The notes beneath the pieces were generated by a model. That model saw nothing but the letters and a program-made list of their open reading frames with translations. It searched no databases and was not told the DNA's origin. Positions 56,669 to 64,000 of a stretch of DNA of 64,000 nucleotides are shown here, in pieces. The stretch comes from Pyrinomonadaceae bacterium (GTDB lineage: Bacteria > Acidobacteriota > Blastocatellia > Pyrinomonadales > Pyrinomonadaceae), in NCBI GenBank assembly GCA_036380435.1, contig DASVES010000154.1:924-64923 (forward strand), written 5' to 3'. The first letter of the stretch is position 1. Each line of letters begins with the position of its first letter. The position numbers were made by a program, and so were the translations under genes.

Positions 56669-59434
56669 TCACTCGTGGCGCAGCGCGATAACAGGATCGA
56701 CGCGCGCGGCCCTGCGCGCCGGCAGGTACATGGCGAAGAGCGCCACCGTCGCCAGCAGCAGCGAGACGCCGCCGAACGCCAAAGGGTCGAGTGGACTTAA
56801 CCCGTAGAGGAAGCCGACGAGCACCTTCGAGAGCGCGGCGGCCCCGATGAGTCCCGCGACGACGCCCGCCAGAACGACGCGCATCCCCCCGCCGATGACG
56901 AGCCGCAACACGTCGCGCCGTCGCGCGCCCAGCGCCATGCGGACGCCTATCTCGTGCGTGCGTTGCGCGACCGAGTAAGAGATCACGCCGTACAGTCCGA
57001 TGGACGCAAGCACCAGCCCCATCGCCCCGAGCACGCTGCACGCCAACGTGAGCACGCGCGCCGGCAGCAACTGCTGCGCGACCGTTTCCTCCAGAAGCGT
57101 CACGTTGGGATAGATTCCCCGGTCGAACCGCTCGACCTCGTCGCGCACCGCGCCCAGCACGGAGCGCGGCTCGCCCCGCGTGCGCGCCAGCAGCCACACC
57201 TGCACCTCGTTCGTCGGCCGCAGCGGCAGGTAGACCAGAGCATCATCGACTTCGCTGATGCGAACGCTGCGCACGTCCTTCGCCACGCCGATTACCTCGC
57301 ACGAGGGCGAGTAAGGCTCCGGCTCGAACTGCCGCCCCGCAGCGTCGCGCGCCGGCGCGACCCCCAGACGCACGCGCCGGCCCAGCGGCTCCTCGCCGGG
57401 CACGAACAGACGCCGCGCCGTCGCCTCGCTGAGAATGGCGACGCGCGGCGCCGTCTCGCGCGTCTCCTGCTCCGTGAAGCCTCGGCCGCGGAGGACGGCG
57501 ATGCCCGTCGTCTCGAAGTAGTTCGGCGCGACCATCGTGTAGTAGGCCCGGAGTTGCCGGCCGCCGCCTTGCGCCCCCGGCTCAGCGACGGCCGCGACCG
57601 CCGTCTTGCGCGCGCCGGCCGTCCGCGTGCTCAGTGTGACGGACTCCACACCCGGCAACGCTTGCAGACGCTCCGAGAGTTGGCGATGCATCTCCGCGGT
57701 GCGCGCGGCGTCGTGGCCGAGCGAGAGCAGGTTGGGTTCGACGACGAGGAAGCGCGCGGTCTCGTAGCCGGCGTCGAGCGACTGGCCCTTGCGCACGCCC
57801 CTGATGAGCAGCCCGGCCCCGACGAGGAGCACGAGACAGACCGCCACCTGCACGCCGACGAGCACATCGCGCAGGCCGAGCCGGAAGATTCCGCGCCGGC
57901 GGACGCGCGCCGCGCCGCCGTCCGCCTGTTTGAGCGCCGAGACGAGGTCAGGCCGCGACGCCTGAAGGGCCGGGGCGAGGCCGAACGTCACACCGGCCAC
58001 GAGCGTCAGTAGCAGCGTGTAAGCGAAGACGCGCACGTCCGGGCTTAAGTCAAACGCGGTGTTGACCACGCCCATCTCCGGCGGCAGCCCGGCGAGCACG
58101 ACCTTGAGCACCACGTCGAGCGTCCACACGGCGAGCAGTAGCCCCAACGCTCCGCCCGCGAACGAAAGCATCAGGCTCTCCGTCACCAACTGCCGCACCA
58201 GACGGCCGCGCGTCGCCCCCAGCGCGAGGCGGACGGCAATCTCCCTGCGTCTCGCGGACGCGCGCGCGAGCAGGAGGTTGGCGACGTTGGCGCAGGCGAC
58301 GAGCAGCACCAATAGATCAGCCGCGAGGACGAGGAAGAACATCGTGCGCAGGAAGCCGTCGAGCCGCGCGAACGACGACGCCGGCTCGACCGCCGCACCG
58401 ACGCGCTCATTCGTCTCCGGGAACGAACGCGCGAGTTGCCCGGCGAGCACATCGATCTCGGCTTGCGCCTGCTCCGTCGTCACGCCGGGTTTGAGTCGCC
58501 CGACCGAGCGGAAGAAGGTCGCGCCGCGATCCCGGCTGTCGAAGATGGGGAGCACGCTGTTCTGCATCGCGACGGGCACCCACACATCGGGGACGAGCGG
58601 CGTCACGCCATAGAAGTCGGCTGCGGCCACGCCGACGACGTTCAACTGCCGGCCGTTGATCGCAAACGTCTTCCCCAGAACGCGGGTGTCGGCGCCGAAG
58701 CGTCGCTGCCAGTATTTGTGGCTGAGGACGGCGACGGGGTGCGTCCCCTGTGTCGTGTCCTCGTCGGACGTGAAGGTGCGACCCAGTTGCGTCGCGCCGC
58801 CTAGTAGGGAGAAATAGTTGCCCGAGACGAAGGCGATCTGCGCCACCTCGGCCCGCGCGCCGGCGTCGGCCGCCCCCGCTTCGGAAGGCGACTCGCTCAT
58901 CGTCAGCGGGGCGGGGCCGGCGTAGACGAGCATCCCGGCGAAGACCTGATTGTGTTCGTCGAAGTATGCGTGGTCGGGGTAGGAAGTGGTCTCGGCGCGC
59001 GTGCCGTCGGGGTTGACGCGCTCGACGCGGACGAGCGCGCCGGGGTCGCGGACGGGAAGGGGACGCCACGCGAAGGCGTTGCAGAGCGTGAAGACGGTGG
59101 TGTTGACGCCGATGCCGAGGGCGAGGGTGAAGACGGCCGCGGCCGCGAAGCCGGGGTTCTTCCGCAACACGCGCGCGCCGTAGCGCAGGTCGTGCCAGAC
59201 GGTCTCCAGCCAGCCGCCGCCGCGCACCTCGTAGCCGCGCTCACGCACACGCGTGCGGTTGCCGAAGCGACGCAAAGCCTCTCGGCGCGCCTCCTCCGGC
59301 GACATCCCACGCCGCACGTTCTCCTCCGCGCGCATGTCGATGTGGAAGCGCATCTCCTCGTCGATCTCGCGCCCGATCTCGTCGGCTCGCCAGAGGCCGC
59401 GCGCCCTCCGCACAAAAGACTTCATCCAGCCCAT
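56669..59434 (-). CDS. ADOP-family (Acidobacterial duplicated orphan permease) FtsX/MacB-like permease
   Basis: MGWMKSFVRRARGLWRADEIGREIDEEMRFHIDMRAEENVRRGMSPEEARREALRRFGN is the canonical ADOP N-terminus. Two FtsX modules. GGGAGG RBS. Starts 12 nt after the PadR stop. Confidence 0.9.
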   Translation of the reverse strand: MGWMKSFVRRARGLWRADEIGREIDEEMRFHIDMRAEENVRRGMSPEEARREALRRFGNRTRVRERGYEVRGGGWLETVWHDLRYGARVLRKNPGFAAAAVFTLALGIGVNTTVFTLCNAFAWRPLPVRDPGALVRVERVNPDGTRAETTSYPDHAYFDEHNQVFAGMLVYAGPAPLTMSESPSEAGAADAGARAEVAQIAFVSGNYFSLLGGATQLGRTFTSDEDTTQGTHPVAVLSHKYWQRRFGADTRVLGKTFAINGRQLNVVGVAAADFYGVTPLVPDVWVPVAMQNSVLPIFDSRDRGATFFRSVGRLKPGVTTEQAQAEIDVLAGQLARSFPETNERVGAAVEPASSFARLDGFLRTMFFLVLAADLLVLLVACANVANLLLARASARRREIAVRLALGATRGRLVRQLVTESLMLSFAGGALGLLLAVWTLDVVLKVVLAGLPPEMGVVNTAFDLSPDVRVFAYTLLLTLVAGVTFGLAPALQASRPDLVSALKQADGGAARVRRRGIFRLGLRDVLVGVQVAVCLVLLVGAGLLIRGVRKGQSLDAGYETARFLVVEPNLLSLGHDAARTAEMHRQLSERLQALPGVESVTLSTRTAGARKTAVAAVAEPGAQGGGRQLRAYYTMVAPNYFETTGIAVLRGRGFTEQETRETAPRVAILSEATARRLFVPGEEPLGRRVRLGVAPARDAAGRQFEPEPYSPSCEVIGVAKDVRSVRISEVDDALVYLPLRPTNEVQVWLLARTRGEPRSVLGAVRDEVERFDRGIYPNVTLLEETVAQQLLPARVLTLACSVLGAMGLVLASIGLYGVISYSVAQRTHEIGVRMALGARRRDVLRLVIGGGMRVVLAGVVAGLIGAAALSKVLVGFLYGLSPLDPLAFGGVSLLLATVALFAMYLPARRAARVDPVIALRHE

Positions 59435-59448
59435 CCCTTCGACCTCCC

Positions 59449-59793
59449 TCAAGCCGTCTGCAAGACCTTGCCGACCGCCAGCGCGAACCGGCGCCAACTC
59501 TCCTCCTCGACGTGTAGCTGCCGGCGCCCGGCGGCCGTGAGCTTGTAGAAGCGCGCCCTCCGGTTGTTCTCCGACACACCCCACTCCGAGGTGATCCACT
59601 CGCGCTCTTCGAGCCGGTAGAGGGCCGGGTAGAGCGACCCCTCCTCGACGCGCAACATCTCCTCGGCCATCTGCGCGATGCGCTGCCCGACGCCGTAGCC
59701 GTGCATCGCCCCGTGCGAGAGCGCCTTCAGGATGAGCAGATCGAGCGTGCCCTGGAGCAAATCCGCCTGTTTATCTTCACGCCGCTTGGTCAT
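59449..59793 (-). CDS. PadR family transcriptional regulator
   Basis: LLQGTLDLLILKALSHGAMHGYGVGQRIAQMAEEMLRVEEGSLYPALYRLEEREWI. AAGGAG RBS. Confidence 0.92.
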   Translation of the reverse strand: MTKRREDKQADLLQGTLDLLILKALSHGAMHGYGVGQRIAQMAEEMLRVEEGSLYPALYRLEEREWITSEWGVSENNRRARFYKLTAAGRRQLHVEEESWRRFALAVGKVLQTA

Positions 59794-59805
59794 CGATATC
59801 TCCTT

Positions 59806-59859
59806 CCCTAGACAAGGTAGGGGAGAAGTCTAAATCATCTTTCCCTACCTTGTCTAGGG
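59806..59859. promoter_or_regulatory. 17-bp perfect inverted repeat just upstream of the PadR RBS (candidate operator or 5' UTR hairpin)
   Basis: ccctagacaaggtaggg (59806-59822) / ccctaccttgtctaggg (59843-59859), 20-nt spacer. Confidence 0.6.
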
Positions 59860-60065
59860 GAGAGGCCGTCTGCGCCCATGAAGAAGTGGAAGACGTGTCG
59901 CGCCGGGAACATCTCGCCACGAAACTGCGGGCGGCGCGTGATGACTGTGCCAATTGCCCTGTGTACAACCTCTGCCGGCTGTGATACGATGTGCCACGAT
60001 TGCAACAACCGGCGCGCGGTGTGTCGGCGGCACTTCAAGAGCTTACGAGAGAAGAGGACAAGATC

Positions 60066-60530
60066 GTGTCATTCAATAAAGTGATCGTGGTAGGAAACCT
60101 GGGCAAAGACCCGGAGATGCGCTTCACGCCGCAGGGCACGCCGGTTTGCACCTTCACCGTCGCCACGAACGAGCGGCGCAAGGACAAGGCCGGCGAGCAG
60201 CAGGACGTGACCACGTGGTTCCGCGTCACGGTCTGGGGCAAGCAGGCCGAGACCGTGTCGAAGTACCTGACGAAGGGCCGCAGCGTCTACGTCGAGGGCC
60301 GGATGCACGTCGAGGAATGGACGGACAAGGACGGGAAGCTGCGTTTCACTCTGGAGCTGAACGCGAGCGACGTGCGCTTCATCGACGGCGCGCAGGGCGC
60401 ACCGTCCGAAGGCATCCCCGTCCGGCAGACGGGGCAGGTGCGTGAGTCGGCCGCGCGCGCGGGCGTCGGCGGCGGCGGTCGCGCGCCCTCGTCCGCCGCG
60501 GACATCGACGACGACTCGATCCCGTTCTAA
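60066..60530 (+). CDS. ssb: Single-stranded DNA-binding protein
   Basis: GTG start. VSFNKVIVVGNLGKDPEMRFTPQGTPVCTFTVATNE…WFRVTVWGKQAE. Gly-rich tail ending in the acidic tip DDDSIPF. Confidence 0.92.
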   Translation: MSFNKVIVVGNLGKDPEMRFTPQGTPVCTFTVATNERRKDKAGEQQDVTTWFRVTVWGKQAETVSKYLTKGRSVYVEGRMHVEEWTDKDGKLRFTLELNASDVRFIDGAQGAPSEGIPVRQTGQVRESAARAGVGGGGRAPSSAADIDDDSIPF

Positions 60531-60668
60531 CGCCGTTGCGGCGGGCGGCGCAGACTAAAAACCTAACGACGCGGACAAACGCGAGGTGATTGAATTCCCG
60601 TGCGGCGGGGCGTTGAGACGCGCGCTCATGCGTTCGTCTCGCCGGCCCGGCTGTTGTATCTTCGACGC

Positions 60669-62084
60669 GTGAAGGATTCGACGACGCTCGTCTTAAGCTT
60701 CGAGGCCGGGACGCTCCTGCTCGAAGGGGTTGGCCCCACAGAGAAAGCGCCCACGGCCTTCCGCTGGGACGAGCGCGTCGGGCGCTGGCGCGCGCCGGCC
60801 AGCTCCTACCGTCAGGTCGTCAGCGAGTTGACGCGCGGCCGCGTCGCCTTCCACGACCGCGCGCGCGGCTATCATCAGTTCGACTTTCCCACCAAGTTCC
60901 TCGTCGAGCCACGGCCCTACCAGCACGAGGCGATCCGCGAGTGGAAGGCCGCGCTAGGGTGCGGCGTCGTCATCCTGCCGACGGGCGCGGGCAAGAGTCT
61001 CGTCGCGCAGATGGCCATCGAGCAGGTGAAGCGTTCGACGCTCGTCGTCGTGCCCACGCTCGATTTGATGAACCAGTGGTACGACCTCCTGCTCTCCTGC
61101 TTCGAGGCCGAGGTGGGACTCATCGGCGGCGGCTTCTACGAAGTGGGCGCGCTCACCGTGACGACCTACGCCTCCGCCTTCCGCTTCATGGAGCGACTCG
61201 GGAACGCGTTCGGCCTCGTCATCTTCGACGAGTGCCACCACCTCCCCTCCGGCTCCCACCGCTACGCCGCCGACCTGTGCATCGCGCCCTACCGTCTGGG
61301 CCTCACGGCCACGCCCGAGCGCGCCGACGGCGGCGACCAACTTCTCGAACAACTCATCGGCCCCACCGTCTATCGCCGCGAGGCGCGCGAGTTCGCCGGC
61401 GAATATCTTTCGGACTACACGGTCGAGCACGTCAGCGTGCGCCTCACGACGGAAGAGCGCGCCCGTTACGAGAGCGAGCGCGAAATCTTCCGTCGCTTCC
61501 TGAGCGAAAAGGGAATCGGCCTCGGCTCTTTGCGCGGGTGGCAGATGTTCGTCGCGGCGAGCGCGCGCACGAGTGAGGGGCGGCGCGCAATGATGGCCTA
61601 CCGCGAGTCGAAGCGCATCGCGCTCGGCACAGACGCGAAGCTACGCGTGCTGGGCGAGTTGCTGCTGCGGCACCGGCGCGAGAAGGTGCTCGTCTTCACC
61701 GCCGAGAACGAGATGGTTTATCGCATCTCGCGCCGTTTCCTGATACCCGCCATCACACACGAGACCAACGTCAAGGAGCGGCGCGCATGGCTCGAAGCCT
61801 TCAACCACGGCGACGTGCTCGCGCTCGTCACCTCGAAGGTCTTGAACGAAGGCGTCAACATCCCCGACGCGTCCGTGGCCGTCGTGCTCTCCGGCTCCGG
61901 CTCCTCGCGCGAGCACGTCCAGCGCCTCGGCCGCATCCTCCGCAAGCTGCCCGGCAAGGAGGCCACGCTCTACGAGGTCGTCACCGAAGACACGACCGAG
62001 GAGCAGATCAGCCGCCGGCGGGGCGGCGAACAGTTCGACGCGAAGCGACAACGCGCGCCGACCACCGCCGAGATACCCTTCTAA
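60669..62084 (+). CDS. XPB/Ssl2 (ERCC3/RAD25)-like SF2 DNA helicase
   Basis: N-terminal …LSFEAGTLLLEG… domain. RPYQHEA, motif I ILPTGAGKS, motif II IFDECHH, motif III GLTATPER, motif VI HVQRLGRILR. The start (GTG 60669 or GTG 60600) is uncertain. Confidence 0.85.
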   Translation: MKDSTTLVLSFEAGTLLLEGVGPTEKAPTAFRWDERVGRWRAPASSYRQVVSELTRGRVAFHDRARGYHQFDFPTKFLVEPRPYQHEAIREWKAALGCGVVILPTGAGKSLVAQMAIEQVKRSTLVVVPTLDLMNQWYDLLLSCFEAEVGLIGGGFYEVGALTVTTYASAFRFMERLGNAFGLVIFDECHHLPSGSHRYAADLCIAPYRLGLTATPERADGGDQLLEQLIGPTVYRREAREFAGEYLSDYTVEHVSVRLTTEERARYESEREIFRRFLSEKGIGLGSLRGWQMFVAASARTSEGRRAMMAYRESKRIALGTDAKLRVLGELLLRHRREKVLVFTAENEMVYRISRRFLIPAITHETNVKERRAWLEAFNHGDVLALVTSKVLNEGVNIPDASVAVVLSGSGSSREHVQRLGRILRKLPGKEATLYEVVTEDTTEEQISRRRGGEQFDAKRQRAPTTAEIPF

Positions 62085-62095
62085 AGAGGACTGGA

Positions 62096-63304
62096 ATGCT
62101 GACGGCCGACCTCGCGATGAGCTGGCAACGTGGCGAACAGGTTCGGCCGCGTCAGCTCGCCACGAAAGACCCGCGCCACCTGCAAACTGCCGCCGACCTC
62201 GTCGCCATCTTCGAGGCGCACGCGGGGCGCGAGCGGCACGAGCTGGACGAAGCTCTGGGCGAGTACGTCGGCACGGGGACGGACTACCGCGTCCTGCGCG
62301 GCCTGATAAAACTTCTCACTGACCGTTGTCGCTTCGAGACGGACGTGTCCGTCGAGCCTTCCGAGATTCGCCGCGCGCTCTTCCTCAAGGCGCGCGAGCG
62401 CCACCCCGTCGCGGGCGCGGACGGCGCGGCGCGCTTGGATGTCGCCGCCGAAGTCGCGTCCTCCCTCGGGTGCGACGCCGAGACCGTGCTCAGGAGTATG
62501 TACGCCGACCTACCGGCCGAGCAGCGCCTGCTGGAGTTCGACCCCACGGGGCCGGGCGAACTCATCGACCTCTACAACCTCGCGCAGGCACAGGCGCTCC
62601 TCTACCGCTCGGTCGAGATGCGCCTGTGGGTCGAGCCGCAGGGGCCTGACGGCTACCGCGAGTTGTTCGGCGCCATCAAGGCGTACCGGCTGATTCACAC
62701 CGTCCGAGGCGACGCGGCCACGGGCTACGAGATAACTTTGAGCGGGCCGGTCTCGATGTTCCACCGCTCGCAGAAGTACGGCGTGCAGATGGCCGTCTTC
62801 CTGCCCGCGCTGCTACTCTGCCGCGGCTGGCGCATGCGCGCCGAGATCAACACTAGACACGGCCACGCCTACTTCGAACTCGACAGCCGGCAGACCTCTC
62901 TGCGCTCACACTATCTGGAAGTGACCCCTTACCAGAACCCCGCGGCGGAGAAGTTCGCGGAGAGCTGGGAGCGCGCCGGCTGCGCCTCGCTGCTGGAGCC
63001 GAACCGAGAGGTCATCGGCCACGGCGATACCGCCTTCATCCCCGACTTCTCTATCACGCACCCCTCGGGCCGCCAGTTCTATCTTGAATTCCTCGGCTTC
63101 TGGACGCCCGAGCACCTGCGCGCGCGCCTCGCGGAGTTTGAGCGACACCGCCTGCGTAATTATCTCCTCGCCGTGTGGGAAGACCTGCGCGGGACGCGCG
63201 AGCCGCTCACGAATGTCCCGCCGAACGTCGTCGTCTTCAAAAAGAATCTCGACCCCTCAATCGTCGAACTCGCCATCAGTAAACTCGTCGCGGCCGAGGC
63301 GTAA
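62096..63304 (+). CDS. DUF790 / Bax1-like endonuclease
   Basis: Starts 11 nt after the helicase stop. C-terminal nuclease block AFIPDFSITHPSGRQFYLEFLGFWTPEHLRARL is typical of DUF790. Confidence 0.82.
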   Translation: MLTADLAMSWQRGEQVRPRQLATKDPRHLQTAADLVAIFEAHAGRERHELDEALGEYVGTGTDYRVLRGLIKLLTDRCRFETDVSVEPSEIRRALFLKARERHPVAGADGAARLDVAAEVASSLGCDAETVLRSMYADLPAEQRLLEFDPTGPGELIDLYNLAQAQALLYRSVEMRLWVEPQGPDGYRELFGAIKAYRLIHTVRGDAATGYEITLSGPVSMFHRSQKYGVQMAVFLPALLLCRGWRMRAEINTRHGHAYFELDSRQTSLRSHYLEVTPYQNPAAEKFAESWERAGCASLLEPNREVIGHGDTAFIPDFSITHPSGRQFYLEFLGFWTPEHLRARLAEFERHRLRNYLLAVWEDLRGTREPLTNVPPNVVVFKKNLDPSIVELAISKLVAAEA

Positions 63305-63356
63305 TCCGTCACACTTCGGCCGGCGTGCGGCGCCGGTCCCGTGGTCGCGAAATCTG

Positions 63357-63386
63357 TTGCAACGCGACCGGGAGTTGCGATATAGA
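63357..63386 (+). promoter_or_regulatory. Candidate sigma70-type promoter for the KAP NTPase gene
   Basis: TTGCAA 63357-63362, 18-nt spacer, TATAGA 63381-63386. Confidence 0.35.
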
Positions 63387-63559
63387 TGCCGCCGCGCGGG
63401 GCGCGGGGACTGATCCGCCGGGACACGTTACCCGCCCCCTCCGGTTGAAAACTTCGGACGGCCAGACACTCGCCACCCTGTCTGTCGCCACTCACGGGCG
63501 CGCGCGTCACACCGCACATCCCATCCTGCCTACGCAGGGGCCGCAAAGGATCGGCTGCT

Positions 63560-64000
63560 ATGGCCGTAATGATCGACGGACCATCCACACGACAACAGTC
63601 CGAGGCCGCGCCGGAGCAGGCGTCGGTGACCGCACCGGAGTCTCTGCGAGGCCCCTGCATCACGAAGCTGGTCAGTGACAAGCCCGTCGAGCAGGTCGGG
63701 TCGGACGATGAAGGCGCGCACAAGCGTCTGGCGTCTGCGCTTGCCGACCTCATGCGCGGCGAGGAGAAGGGTGGCGTCTCCGTCGGACTCGAAGGCGACT
63801 GGGGCTCCGGGAAGACGAGCGTCCTCATGCTCTTTAAGCAGGAGTTGCGAGACGCCGGGGAACTCATCGAACCGTCCCCCGAGGACGAGGGACAAGAGGG
63901 GGAGAAGGCGGCGGGGGCGGCCTTGCCTGCCCCCGGGAGCGGCGCCAAAGATTTCGCCGTCATCACCTTCGACGCGTGGGCGCACGAGAAAGACCCTCTG
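63560..64000 (+). CDS. KAP family P-loop NTPase, N-terminal fragment (runs off the window)
   Basis: Not in the ORF track because it is open-ended. ATG 63560, in frame to base 64000. …HKRLASALADLMRGEEKGGVSVGLEGDWGSGKTSVLMLF…AVITFDAWAHEKDPL matches the KAP Walker A context and the downstream FDAW motif. Confidence 0.75.
   Translation, partial: MAVMIDGPSTRQQSEAAPEQASVTAPESLRGPCITKLVSDKPVEQVGSDDEGAHKRLASALADLMRGEEKGGVSVGLEGDWGSGKTSVLMLFKQELRDAGELIEPSPEDEGQEGEKAAGAALPAPGSGAKDFAVITFDAWAHEKDPL

Overview
GC-rich bacterial chromosomal segment, most likely Acidobacteriota. The evidence is a PadR regulator next to an ADOP-type duplicated FtsX permease, TIGR03436-like VWA proteins, CarboxypepD_reg-type TonB-dependent receptors and many BamB/PQQ-like beta-propellers. 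I call 52 protein-coding genes, two of them cut by the window edges. I found no rRNA, tRNA, CRISPR array, transposase or integrase. Gene order, left to right: glycosyltransferase fragment; LolD-like ABC ATPase plus giant FtsX permease; two secreted PQQ-like propellers; two TonB-dependent receptors with a dioxygenase-like protein and DoxX; a visibly less GC-rich patch of small-molecule enzymes (PAQR/hemolysin III, desaturase, arylamine N-acetyltransferase, MOSC, ATP-grasp, DinB, methyltransferase); a dense cluster of six more PQQ-like propellers mixed with an ankyrin protein, an O-methyltransferase and an Fe-alcohol dehydrogenase; peroxiredoxin; DUF3311 plus sodium:solute symporter; two VWA proteins followed by a translationally coupled methyltransferase / Zn-peptidase-like / ATP-grasp operon; LytS-LytTR two-component pair; HExxH protein; Fis-type HTH; heme A synthase; UvsE; 3-methyladenine glycosylase; RNase Z; PadR plus ADOP permease; and SSB, an XPB-like helicase, a Bax1/DUF790 nuclease and the start of a KAP P-loop NTPase. 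The most unusual signal read directly from the DNA is that nearly every intergenic gap holds a long palindromic element from a few recurring families. These are a 92-nt ACAGTACCGCGAGCGG element (7 copies), a roughly 190-215-nt multi-hairpin palindrome (3 copies, each right after a propeller gene), a CACCGCAGAGG family, and hairpins whose arms are tandem heptamers that carry stop codons. Several genes take their stop codon from these arms, and one element sits in frame inside the FtsX permease gene. All protein family calls rest on motif recognition by eye. No database search was possible.
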